A program made the translations under genes and the position numbers. From Elusimicrobiota bacterium (GTDB lineage: Bacteria; Elusimicrobiota; UBA8919), in assembly GCA_016928195.1 (NCBI GenBank), contig JAFGLF010000018.1, positions 30,731 to 94,730 on the forward strand: DNA of 64,000 nucleotides. The letters run 5' to 3'. Positions within the stretch are counted from its first letter, which is position 1, and the number at the start of each line of letters is the position of its first letter. The notes under the pieces are model-generated. The model was not told the origin of the DNA and did not search any database. It saw only the letters and a program-made list of their open reading frames with translations. Shown here in pieces: positions 44,589-53,416 of this stretch.

Positions 44589-44616
44589 ATTATATCAATT
44601 ATGAACCTTTTTTCAA
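44589..44616 (-). promoter_or_regulatory. candidate sigma70-type promoter for the HEAT-GT2-porin operon
   Basis: On the minus strand: TTGAAA (44616-44611), a 16-nt spacer, then TATAAT (44594-44589). This is about 35 nt upstream of the ATG at 44554. Lies in the only clean AT-rich spacer upstream of the locus. Confidence 0.35.
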
Positions 44617-44624
44617 GGTAAAAT

Positions 44625-45434
44625 CTATCGGAGTACTCGAGAGGTATGGTTATCTTTGATATTCCTATCAATATAACTATTTAAATGGTTTCTGACTTTT
44701 TTTACTCCAGAGGTATCAGGGAGAGTGTTTATAATTTTATCAATATAATTATGTTCCTGTATATAATGAAATGATGCCGGAAAATTAATATCAAATATCC
44801 AGCTTAACTGGAACAGTTTCATATCATTATATGTTTTTATATCGGCTCTGCACGTACAGCGGCAGTTCATGATATCGTCTATAATCGCTGACGAACAGTC
44901 CGGTTCATCGGGCAAATCAAATTCCAGAGCCGTATTAGGATGCAACTGGCGTTTTTCGTAGTAATCTGCCACAATAAACCATATATCTATCTTGTCTGCA
45001 TCACGCAGTAATTTAGTATAAAGTAAAAAATCCGGCAGTTCGTTCTCAGGCAGTTTATAAGCATTATGGTAACGTATCGATTTTAAAATAACTGCCCGCT
45101 CTTCTTCCTCCAATCTTTCCAGAACGTTTGTTTCTTTGACTACTTCTACGGATAATTCTGCATGGTTTATGGAACAGCGGTCATTTAATGTTTTATATCT
45201 CCTCAACTGCTCAAAACGGCCTATATCATGAAACAGTGCTATTATTTCCGCTGTTTGCAATTTATATTCAACTAAACCTAAATCTTTTCCGAGTTCGACA
45301 ATACTTCTGCAGACCCTATGAATATGTTCTTCTTTCAATCTAAGATTCAGCTTAACATCGTCATTTCCGGTATAATAAGGTTTTACGTAATTACGGAACC
45401 AAGAATGGAAAAAATCTAAATCTTCCTTTTTCAT
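44625..45434 (-). CDS. HD-domain phosphohydrolase
   Basis: HRV...LFHDIGR...HAELS...DADK metal-binding pattern. 269 aa. Confidence 0.75.
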   Translation of the reverse strand: MKKEDLDFFHSWFRNYVKPYYTGNDDVKLNLRLKEEHIHRVCRSIVELGKDLGLVEYKLQTAEIIALFHDIGRFEQLRRYKTLNDRCSINHAELSVEVVKETNVLERLEEEERAVILKSIRYHNAYKLPENELPDFLLYTKLLRDADKIDIWFIVADYYEKRQLHPNTALEFDLPDEPDCSSAIIDDIMNCRCTCRADIKTYNDMKLFQLSWIFDINFPASFHYIQEHNYIDKIINTLPDTSGVKKVRNHLNSYIDRNIKDNHTSRVLR

Positions 45435-45443
45435 CTCATTATT

Positions 45444-45869
45444 TTATTCTCCGGATATTTCCGACATTATTTTTACGAAGAACTTTTTGTCTCTATATCC
45501 TTCTATTCTGCTAATAATTTCGCCTTTTGAATCCATAAAAACAACTGTCGGCAAACCCTTCACTTTATATTTTCTGGCAGATATTTCATCTCTGGTTGTA
45601 TCCACTTTCACACATACAAATCCATCAGAAAGCTCTGCTACTTTAGGGTCGGCATAGGTATCCCTATCCAGTTTTTTACACCACCCGCACCAGTCGGCAT
45701 AAAAATCCACCATCAATGGTTTATTATTTTGTTCCGCTGATAACAAAGCTTCATACAGATTATAAACCCACGTTATTTCCTTTTTTTCGACATTAACGGT
45801 TTTCTTGGAAGTACATGCATTTACAGATAAACATAATAATAAAAAAATCAGCAATACTCTAATTTTCAT
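45444..45869 (-). CDS. secreted thioredoxin-fold protein
   Basis: Signal peptide (possible lipobox VNAC) and a CGWC active site in a thioredoxin_7/DUF255-like context. Confidence 0.75.
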   Translation of the reverse strand: MKIRVLLIFLLLCLSVNACTSKKTVNVEKKEITWVYNLYEALLSAEQNNKPLMVDFYADWCGWCKKLDRDTYADPKVAELSDGFVCVKVDTTRDEISARKYKVKGLPTVVFMDSKGEIISRIEGYRDKKFFVKIMSEISGE

Positions 45870-46000
45870 AATCTCTCCATTATAATATACACTGATATGC
45901 TGATACGTGAATATGTAAAAACCTTTATACGTATCAGCATACCTGCCCGATCAAGTCGTTCAGGCGGGGTTCCTTATCACTATATAACCGCATCTTACTA
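45870..46000. repeat. dyad word array, CTGATAC family + GC hairpin
   Basis: CTGATATGCTGATACGTGAATATG, then TAAAAACCTTT, then CGTATCAGCATA. Followed by CCTGCCCGA-N9-TCAGGCGGG, a module also found at 53688-53713. Confidence 0.8.
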
Positions 46001-47533
46001 TCACATATTTTTATCCAATGATCTGTACTGGATAGCCTCCGCTATGTGCTGGGTCTGTATATCTTTCGAAAAATCCAGGTCGGCAATAGTTCTTGCAACC
46101 TTAAGAATCCTGTCGTGGGCACGGGCCGAAAAACCGAGTTTTTCCATTGCATGTTTCAAAAGATTCTTGCTGTCATATCCTATTACGCAGTACTTTTTGA
46201 TATGTTTGGATTCCATATGGGAATTACAATATATATTTTTTTCTGACTCAAATCTCGATTTTTGTATTGTACGGGACTTAACAATTCTCTCTTTTATATC
46301 CTTAGACGACTCGACACCCGTAACCGGCATTTCTGAAAGCTCCTCAAATTTCACAGCAGGAACATCTATATGAAGGTCAATTCTATCCATAAGAGGTCCG
46401 GAAATTCTTGAAATATATTTCTGTATAGCAAACGGCGTGCAGGTACATTCCCTGGTTGGATGTCCATAGTAACCGCATGGACAAGGATTCATAGCAGCAA
46501 TGAGCATAAATCTTGCAGGATATGTAAGGGATGCACGGGCACGGGAAACAGTAACAATTCCGTCTTCCAGCGGCTGTCTTAAAACTTCAAGGACATTTCT
46601 ATGAAATTCCGGAAGTTCATCAAGAAAAAGAACACCGTTATGTGAAAGCGAGACTTCTCCGGGTTTTGGATACGTCCCGCCTCCTATCAATGCAACATCC
46701 GAAATTGTATGATGCGGGGACCTGAAAGGCCTGGTAGCCACAAGTGACGCATGTGAAGAGACAAGCCCTTCTATAGAGTGTATTTTGGTGGTTTCAATTG
46801 CTTCTTCCAGAGACATAGACGGCAGAATTGTCGGAATTCTTTTTGCCAACATAGTTTTTCCGCCACCCGGTGAACCTATTAACAACATATTATGACCGCC
46901 GGCACAAGCTACCTCGATTGCTCTTTTAACAAACGCCTGACCCTTTACATCCTTAAAATCAATATCATAATCCGAGGCTGAAGAAAAAATCTTCATTAAA
47001 TCAAGTTTATGAGGTAACCCGCCTGCTGTTCCGGAAATTATATTCACTGCTGTTTTCAGATCTTTGACAGGATAAATATTAATACCATCAACTACTGCTC
47101 CTTCATTTTTATTAGTTTCGGGAAGAATTAAACCATCGATATTTTCTTCCTTAAGCTTAATTGCTATAGGAAGTACACCGCTTACTTTTCTTATTGAACC
47201 GTTAAGCGAGAGTTCCCCTATAAACGAATATTTTCTATTGCTTTGGTTTATCTGCCCCGTTGCAAGAAGTATTCCAATTGCTATAGGCAGATCAAAAATC
47301 GCACCTTCTTTCTTTATTCCTGCCGGAGCAAGATTAACAGTAACTTTTTTTGTAGGAAAATCAAAACCTGAATTCTTTATAGCAGAAACTACCCTATCTC
47401 TTGATTCTTTTACAGAAGTATCAGGAAGTCCAACTATAGAAAAAGTGGGGAATCCGCTGGATATGTCAACCTCAACCGTAACAATGTACCCATCTATTCC
47501 ATAAACTGATGCAGAATTAATTTGTGAAAGCAT
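46001..47533 (-). CDS. comM: YifB/ComM family Mg-chelatase-like AAA+ ATPase
   Basis: Lon-like N-domain, Walker A GSPGGGKTM, FLDELPEF and the C-terminal ChlI-like region. Confidence 0.92.
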   Translation of the reverse strand: MLSQINSASVYGIDGYIVTVEVDISSGFPTFSIVGLPDTSVKESRDRVVSAIKNSGFDFPTKKVTVNLAPAGIKKEGAIFDLPIAIGILLATGQINQSNRKYSFIGELSLNGSIRKVSGVLPIAIKLKEENIDGLILPETNKNEGAVVDGINIYPVKDLKTAVNIISGTAGGLPHKLDLMKIFSSASDYDIDFKDVKGQAFVKRAIEVACAGGHNMLLIGSPGGGKTMLAKRIPTILPSMSLEEAIETTKIHSIEGLVSSHASLVATRPFRSPHHTISDVALIGGGTYPKPGEVSLSHNGVLFLDELPEFHRNVLEVLRQPLEDGIVTVSRARASLTYPARFMLIAAMNPCPCGYYGHPTRECTCTPFAIQKYISRISGPLMDRIDLHIDVPAVKFEELSEMPVTGVESSKDIKERIVKSRTIQKSRFESEKNIYCNSHMESKHIKKYCVIGYDSKNLLKHAMEKLGFSARAHDRILKVARTIADLDFSKDIQTQHIAEAIQYRSLDKNM

Positions 47534-47623
47534 ACACTCGAACGCGAATTGTCGCTAATCTAACGCTGATATTCGCGAATATTCGCGTTAGTTCATTTCA
47601 TTTGCGTAATTTGCGTTTCCTTA
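47534..47623. repeat. dyad word array, CGCGAAT family
   Basis: CGCGAAT 47543, CGCTAAT 47553, CGCTGAT 47564, ATTCGCGAATATTCGCG 47571-47587, and ATTTGCG at 47600 and 47609. Confidence 0.85.
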
Positions 47624-49018
47624 CTACAGGTTCTCCTCTATAATTTCTTTCAATTCGGAAGGTGACGGTAGTTTATAAATATCCCTTATAAAAATTCCTC
47701 GGCGAGTATGCTTCCTCCATGAAAGATAAGCAATTTTTCCCTTTGATGATACGCGCGGAAGTGTTGATGAGAAATATTTACCACCGACTAACACATTTTC
47801 TTTCTTAGTTTTAATATTAACAATATATACCCCTTTATTTTCATACAAATCCCTGATTTCCTTATCTTTATCGCGGTATTTCCTGCGCAATGAACCGAGA
47901 AAAACAATAAAATTTCCATCTTTTGTAAAATCGGCGAACTTATTATAATATTTATCAGGGACTATTTCCACAGGGTTTCTCTTATCTATATCAACAATAT
48001 AGATACCGCAAAAATCCAACGCATCAATCCTTCCGTCTCCATTGGTATCCCGACGACGGGACAGATAAACAACTTTTTTGTAATCAGGCGAAAATTCGGG
48101 AAAAGAATTATCAAATTTATCTTTAGTAAGCTGGATTACAGATTTGTTTCTAAGATCAGTTATATATACTGCGGACGAATCCCTAAAATCAATCTTACCG
48201 TCGCCATATGTATCATCCCTCCACGAGGAATATAATACATATCTGCCGTCTAAAGATATTTTCGCAGATGTATGCTCATAAAAATCATGAACCAATTCCG
48301 TTACTGCTTTTGTTTTTATATCAACCGAATAAATACCCGCATGCCCCCCGACTTCACGCCAGGCACAAAATACAACAGATTTGCCGTCAGGAGAAAAAAC
48401 AGGTTTTTTATTATAAGTTTTATCACTTACAAGTATTTCCTCTATGCCGGATTCCAAATCAAATACATAAATACCGGGCGCATCCCTGTTGTTAATTATT
48501 CCGTCTCCGTTTGTGTCACGGCGGCGCGAAAGATAAATAGCATATCTGCCATCCGGCGAAAAAGAGCATTCAGAATTAATATATTTATCGTCCATGATTT
48601 GTTTTTCATTTTTACCGTCAGCATCTATTATATAAACACCGCCGTTATCAAGATGGTTTATCCTGCCGTCTCCATTTGTATCGCGTCTTGCAGATATAAA
48701 AATTATTTTTTGACCGTCAAAAGAAAAGTTAAGGTATGTATTATAAAACTGGTCGGAAACTATTTTTTTAAAATTTGTAATTTCAGTAATTCCCGAAACA
48801 ATATCATCTGAAGGATAAAGTTCGGAACATTTTAACAGAGTTTCTTTTGTTTTTACAATGTCATTCTTTTTAAAATATGCTTTCGCAAGCCAGAAATGTG
48901 CATAAAAATCTTTAGGATTTTTAGAAATCAACTCAGAAAAGAAAGTTATCGCCTCATCAAAGCGGTCGGAATTTAAAATATCTACTCCTTTCTCTAGTTT
49001 TGATTTAAAAAATAACAT
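47624..49018 (-). CDS. TPR + TolB-like beta-propeller protein with DxDxDG loops
   Basis: N-terminal TPR. Repeated PD40-like blades (FSPDG...). Each blade is followed by RRRDTNGDGxIxxxD Ca-binding-like loops, in at least 4 copies. Confidence 0.65.
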   Translation of the reverse strand: MLFFKSKLEKGVDILNSDRFDEAITFFSELISKNPKDFYAHFWLAKAYFKKNDIVKTKETLLKCSELYPSDDIVSGITEITNFKKIVSDQFYNTYLNFSFDGQKIIFISARRDTNGDGRINHLDNGGVYIIDADGKNEKQIMDDKYINSECSFSPDGRYAIYLSRRRDTNGDGIINNRDAPGIYVFDLESGIEEILVSDKTYNKKPVFSPDGKSVVFCAWREVGGHAGIYSVDIKTKAVTELVHDFYEHTSAKISLDGRYVLYSSWRDDTYGDGKIDFRDSSAVYITDLRNKSVIQLTKDKFDNSFPEFSPDYKKVVYLSRRRDTNGDGRIDALDFCGIYIVDIDKRNPVEIVPDKYYNKFADFTKDGNFIVFLGSLRRKYRDKDKEIRDLYENKGVYIVNIKTKKENVLVGGKYFSSTLPRVSSKGKIAYLSWRKHTRRGIFIRDIYKLPSPSELKEIIEENL

Positions 49019-49030
49019 ATTTGTTCACTT

Positions 49031-49423
49031 TCACACTGTGTATCTTAAAGGCACAAAAGCATTTTTTATATGTTCGATTTTATTACTGCATATTGCAATA
49101 ATATCAAAACGATAGTCTGAATTTAACAAATTTTTCTTAATGAATGTAAGCGCAGCAAGAGACAAACGTCTCTGTTTATGAATATTTACAGAAAGCTGGG
49201 GGACTCCAAAATCACTGTTTTTTCTCGTTCTTACTTCCACGAAAACGATTGTATTCCTATATTCTGAAATAATATCTATTTCCCCGAATTTGGTTCTAAA
49301 ATTCTTCTCAATAATTTTATAACCGGACTTCTTAAGGAATTTTTCGGCAAGACTCTCGCCGGATCTTCCGATTTCATTTGTATTTTTATTACTATATCGG
49401 TACAGATTATCCGTTCTGGCCAT
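49031..49423 (-). CDS. yraN: YraN/UPF0102 family endonuclease-like protein
   Basis: GESLAEKFLKKSGYKIIEKNFRTKFGEIDII and FVEVRTR (PD-(D/E)xK-like). Confidence 0.8.
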   Translation of the reverse strand: MARTDNLYRYSNKNTNEIGRSGESLAEKFLKKSGYKIIEKNFRTKFGEIDIISEYRNTIVFVEVRTRKNSDFGVPQLSVNIHKQRRLSLAALTFIKKNLLNSDYRFDIIAICSNKIEHIKNAFVPLRYTV

Positions 49424-50030
49424 AAACTCTTACAGGTTTAAAACTCTTCCTATGAATTTCACAAGGACCGTATGTTTTAATAGCATTTATATGATATTTT
49501 GTCCCATATCCTTTATGTTTTGAAAAACCATAATTAGGAAACTTTTTATCCAGTTCTTCCATTAGTAAATCACGGGTTACTTTTGCAATAATAGAAGCAG
49601 CAGCAATTGACGCACTTTTAGAATCACCATTTACAATTGCTTTCTGGTTGATTTTTACATCTATCTGCTGGTTACCGTCTATCAGGATTAATTCGGGTTG
49701 AATACTTAATTTTTCGGCGGCTATTTTCATCGAAAGCTTGGCAGCCTCAAGAATATTTATACGGTCAATTGTTTGATGGTCAACTATCCCAATCTTCCAA
49801 TCAACGGCATTTTGAATAATTTCTTTATAAACAGAAAGTCTGACTAACGGGGAGAGTTTTTTCGAATCGTTAAGTTTGTTTATGTTTATATTCTTTTTTA
49901 AGATTACTGCAGCTGAAACAACAGGCCCTGCCAGAGGACCGCGGCCGGCTTCGTCCAGACCTGCCAAAAATCCCGAAAGAACACCAGTGGAGTGATAAAA
50001 TGAATTATCGAAATCAAATAATTCCTTCAT
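49407..50030 (-). CDS. rnhB: ribonuclease HII
   Basis: GLDEAGRGPLAGPVV and DSKKL. C-terminal HRKSF. Confidence 0.93.
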   Translation of the reverse strand: MKELFDFDNSFYHSTGVLSGFLAGLDEAGRGPLAGPVVSAAVILKKNININKLNDSKKLSPLVRLSVYKEIIQNAVDWKIGIVDHQTIDRINILEAAKLSMKIAAEKLSIQPELILIDGNQQIDVKINQKAIVNGDSKSASIAAASIIAKVTRDLLMEELDKKFPNYGFSKHKGYGTKYHINAIKTYGPCEIHRKSFKPVRVYGQNG

Positions 50031-50048
50031 TGAGCGGTATCACTACGC

Positions 50049-50450
50049 CTATTTATTATCTGCTTCCTGCACTGCTTCTTCCGACTGTTTTTTACTTGTT
50101 TTCTCTTCTATCTTTGCCGATTTACCCGAAAGCTTTCTTAAATAATACAGGCGGCTTCTTTTTACTTTTCCGCGTTTCACTAACTCTATCTTTTCAAGAT
50201 GAGGGGAATTCAACAGAAAAACTCTTTCAACTCCAATATTAAAAGATATTTTTCTTACTGTAATGGTTTTTCCAAGGCCGGAACCCCTAATCCTCAAAAT
50301 AACACCTTCGAAAATCTGAGTTCTTTCAGAATCACCCTCAATAATCTTGTAGTGTACTTTTACCAAATCACCTGATTTAATATCCGGGATTTCTTTTTTT
50401 GCACATTCTTTCTCAACAATACTCATTACATCTTCCATATTCTCCCCCAT
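50049..50450 (-). CDS. rplS: 50S ribosomal protein bL19
   Basis: DIKSGDLVKVHYKIIEGDSERTQIFEGVIL. In-frame ATGs at 50450, 50438 and 50426, so the start is uncertain. Confidence 0.93.
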   Translation of the reverse strand: MGENMEDVMSIVEKECAKKEIPDIKSGDLVKVHYKIIEGDSERTQIFEGVILRIRGSGLGKTITVRKISFNIGVERVFLLNSPHLEKIELVKRGKVKRSRLYYLRKLSGKSAKIEEKTSKKQSEEAVQEADNK

Positions 50451-50553
50451 TTATTTCGCAAAAACATGTTGATAAGCTGATACGTTGATACGTAAATATA
50501 TAAAAACCTTTCTCCGTATCACCATATTCCCATATCAGCGATTTTCACAAACT
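50451..50553. repeat. dyad word array, CTGATAC family
   Basis: GTTGATA, GCTGATACGTTGATACG, then TAAAAACCTTT, then CGTATCAC, CATATT and CATATCAGC. Confidence 0.8.
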
Positions 50554-51240
50554 TTATTTGCGTTCTTTTAGCAACTCCGGTCTCTTTTTTATAGTGTTTT
50601 TAACAGCGTTCTGTTTCCGCCACTGCTCAATACTTCTATGATTACCTGATAAAAGAGTCTCCGGAACTTTTAATCCTCTAAAATTGTAAGGTCTTGTATA
50701 TACAGCACTTGCTAACCTACCATTCCATAATGAATCGTTCTTTACAGAATCTTTTTTACCTACAACCTTAGGTATAAGCCGGACAACTGCATCGACAACA
50801 ACCATTGCGGGTATTTCCCCGCCGGTTAATACATAATCTCCTATAGATAACTCCTCATCCACAAAATCCAGCACTCTTTCATCCGTACCGCTATAATGTC
50901 CACATACAAAAACTAAATGTTTATACTTTGATAATTCTCTTGCTTTTTTTTGTGTAAAAAGTTTTCCCTGCGGAGAAAGCAAAACAATCCTTCTTTTTCT
51001 ATTTTTTATTTTTTTTCTTACACCCTCTATAGCTTTTACAATCGGCGGGACCATCATAATCATTCCTGCACCCCCGCCATATGCCTTATCATCCACTATC
51101 TTATGTTTACCCTCTGCATAATTACGGATATTCGTAATTTTTATATCTATAATTCCCCTGTTTATTGCCTTTTTAATTATACTTTCAGAAAAAACAGACT
51201 CAAAAAACGATGGAAAAAGCGTAAGAATATCTATTTGCAT
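50554..51240 (-). CDS. trmD: tRNA (guanine37-N1)-methyltransferase
   Basis: MQIDILTLFP, YGGGAGMIM and GDYVLTGGE. Start set to ATG 51240, which is 4 nt after the upstream stop. Confidence 0.93.
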   Translation of the reverse strand: MQIDILTLFPSFFESVFSESIIKKAINRGIIDIKITNIRNYAEGKHKIVDDKAYGGGAGMIMMVPPIVKAIEGVRKKIKNRKRRIVLLSPQGKLFTQKKARELSKYKHLVFVCGHYSGTDERVLDFVDEELSIGDYVLTGGEIPAMVVVDAVVRLIPKVVGKKDSVKNDSLWNGRLASAVYTRPYNFRGLKVPETLLSGNHRSIEQWRKQNAVKNTIKKRPELLKERK

Positions 51241-51244
51241 ACAT

Positions 51245-51475
51245 TTATTCAATAATCTCCACTCTGGAACGTCCGCCGTTTTTGGTTGCGGAAGCAGAAA
51301 CAACCTGGCGTATAGCTTTTATTATTTTACCCTGTTTACCAATAATTCTACCTTTATCCGATTCATCAACTTTAATTTTTATAAGTTTTCCAAAATCAGA
51401 ATCTTCAACAGTAACATTAACATTATCGGGTTTATCAACAATTGACTTAACAATATATTCTACAAGTTCTTTCAT
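51245..51475 (-). CDS. KH-domain RNA-binding protein (YlqC/UPF0109)
   Basis: 76 aa with the GRIIGKQGKIIKAIR GxxG loop. Classical position after rpsP. Confidence 0.8.
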   Translation of the reverse strand: MKELVEYIVKSIVDKPDNVNVTVEDSDFGKLIKIKVDESDKGRIIGKQGKIIKAIRQVVSASATKNGGRSRVEIIE

Positions 51476-51620
51476 ATATACTCCTCCAGAAACGATTCAA
51501 ACGGATAAAAATGCAGATTCAGACGGATTATTTTGGATGCAAACAGATTTATATCCCTGCCTGACGACTGCAGGCAGGTGTCTGAATCCGTGACTTCATC
51601 TGTTTACATCCGCGCTTACA
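51476..51620. repeat. dyad word array, GGATT/CAGATG family with CCTGCCT hairpin
   Basis: Forward ACGATTC, ACGGATA, GCAGATTCAGACGGATT, GGATGC and ACAGATT. Hairpin CCTGCCT (51556-62) / AGGCAGG (51572-78). Reverse GAATCCGT, CATCTGT, CATCCGC and CATCTGT. Runs into the rpsP 3-prime end. Confidence 0.85.
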
Positions 51621-51862
51621 TCTGTCTGCATCGTTGTTTTTTTCAATAAACTTTTTACTGTTTCAGAAACGATTGCACCGCTCTGCTGCCAGTATTTAAT
51701 CCTTTCAATATTCAATGAAGTATTTTTTTTATTACGCGGATTATACTGACCGACCTCTTCTATAGGGGCACCACCGGTTCGTTTTTTTGAGTCAATTACA
51801 ACGACTCTGTAAATAGGAGTCAGTGATTTCCCAACTCTTTTAAGCTTAATTGCTACGGCCAT
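51596..51862 (-). CDS. rpsP: 30S ribosomal protein bS16
   Basis: MAVAIKLKRVGK...YRVVVIDS...GQYNP. The last ~13 codons and the stop lie inside the CATCTG-word repeat. Confidence 0.93.
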   Translation of the reverse strand: MAVAIKLKRVGKSLTPIYRVVVIDSKKRTGGAPIEEVGQYNPRNKKNTSLNIERIKYWQQSGAIVSETVKSLLKKTTMQTDVSADVNR

Positions 51863-51890
51863 TTTCTATCCTCCTTTATTTTCGGTTCTA

Positions 51891-52565
51891 TTATCTTCCT
51901 GTTTTTTTTGCTGCAATTCTCAATCTGTTTATACTACCTTTAATTCCATATTTTGACCTAAAAACTGTATTTCCCGCAACAATAATATTCGCACCTGCTC
52001 CTACTGCATCAGATATGGTATCAAAGTTTATTCCTCCGTCAATTTCTACTTTAAACTTATTTTTACTTTTATCTGATAACCTTCTTAATTCCCTGACCTT
52101 AGATAATACTGACGGCATAAACTTCTGACCGCCAAAACCCGGATTAACGCTCATAACCAATACCAAAAAAACCTTATCAAGATATTGTGATATTTTCGAA
52201 ACCGGAGTTAAAGGGTTAATGGATACCCCCGGCTTTAGTCCAAGTTTTGTTATTTTTTTTATTATTTCCAATGGTTTCAGGACAGTTTCAGCATGAAATG
52301 TTATCCAATCACTCCCTGCTTTAGCAAACGGTTCAACAAAATTTTCCGGATTTTTTATCATTAAATGTGTATCAAGAATCAATTTTGTTCTTTTTCTCAA
52401 CGACTCAACCACAACCGGACCTATAGTTATGTTTGGAACGAAACAGCCGTCCATAACATCGACGTGTAAAATTTTTATACCTGCTCTCTCGCATTTTTTA
52501 ACATCATTATTCAAATTCGCAAAATCTGCAGACAACAGTGAAGGAGCAATTTGTATATTCATCAC
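51891..52565 (-). CDS. rpe: ribulose-phosphate 3-epimerase
   Basis: IAPSLLSADF, HVDVMDG and MSVNPGFGGQ. Confidence 0.93.
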   Translation of the reverse strand: MMNIQIAPSLLSADFANLNNDVKKCERAGIKILHVDVMDGCFVPNITIGPVVVESLRKRTKLILDTHLMIKNPENFVEPFAKAGSDWITFHAETVLKPLEIIKKITKLGLKPGVSINPLTPVSKISQYLDKVFLVLVMSVNPGFGGQKFMPSVLSKVRELRRLSDKSKNKFKVEIDGGINFDTISDAVGAGANIIVAGNTVFRSKYGIKGSINRLRIAAKKTGR

Positions 52566-52578
52566 ATCTACCTATAAA

Positions 52579-53313
52579 TCAGTTTTCGGAACTTTCATCG
52601 ACAGCAATCCAAAATTCTATTTCCTGGCTTTCATCCACAACAAGATCATTCTCAGGCACCTGTTTTATTACTGTATTCTCCGTATATGAAGAATCTTTAA
52701 CCCTATTTATATTTTTTATAGTAACATCATTCAAAATTGCCCACTCTTTTGCTTCTGAAATATCCCTACCCATAAAATCAGGCATCAAAGTTACACCCTC
52801 AGGAGGAAGCCCAAGAGAAACCACTATATTTACAAGTCCGTTTTTCTGAATAGGAGTCCTTGGACGCGGTGTTTGTGTAATTATTTTATCCTCTTCAATA
52901 ATCATGGAATACCTTTCTCCATGTTCACCTAAATCCAAAGTGTTCTTCCTTAAAATCAACTGCGCAGAGCGAACTGTCTGGTTCGTTAAGTCAGGCACAA
53001 AAATAACTTCACGTCCGGCAGATACAATAACCTTTACCGCTTTACCTTCTTTAATTACACTTCCTGAAGGCGGAACTTGGGAAATTATCAAGCCGGCTGG
53101 AACATCGGGATGGAACTCATCATTGCTCTTTTTTAAATAAAGATTCAGCGGTGATAACATGTCCAATGCATTGTTTATATTTTTCCCTATCAAATTTGGA
53201 ACAATCCTATCGGTTTTGCTGTGAATTAAAGCATTAATAAGTCTATTAACCCCTATAACGCCAGCAACACTCAATATAAAAAAAAACAAAATCCACTGAA
53301 GAATCTTTCTCAT
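52579..53313 (-). CDS. membrane-anchored triple-PASTA domain protein (no kinase or PBP domain)
   Basis: N-terminal TM helix plus three PASTA-like repeats (VPNLIGKN..., VPDLTNQT..., MPDFMGRD...). Confidence 0.75.
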   Translation of the reverse strand: MRKILQWILFFFILSVAGVIGVNRLINALIHSKTDRIVPNLIGKNINNALDMLSPLNLYLKKSNDEFHPDVPAGLIISQVPPSGSVIKEGKAVKVIVSAGREVIFVPDLTNQTVRSAQLILRKNTLDLGEHGERYSMIIEEDKIITQTPRPRTPIQKNGLVNIVVSLGLPPEGVTLMPDFMGRDISEAKEWAILNDVTIKNINRVKDSSYTENTVIKQVPENDLVVDESQEIEFWIAVDESSEN

Positions 53314-53416
53314 AAATTTCCAAATTATTATTATATCAAAAAATCCCGGTTTGTCAACCCCACCACCTGTTTATACACCGAAGGTGTATCTGACTATACA
53401 CAAACAGGTGGTGGGG
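53314..53416. repeat. nested inverted repeat
   Basis: CCCCACCACCTGTTT (53358-53372) pairs with AAACAGGTGGTGGGG (53402-53416). It encloses ATACACC (53373-53379) / GGTGTAT (53383-53389). Confidence 0.85.
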
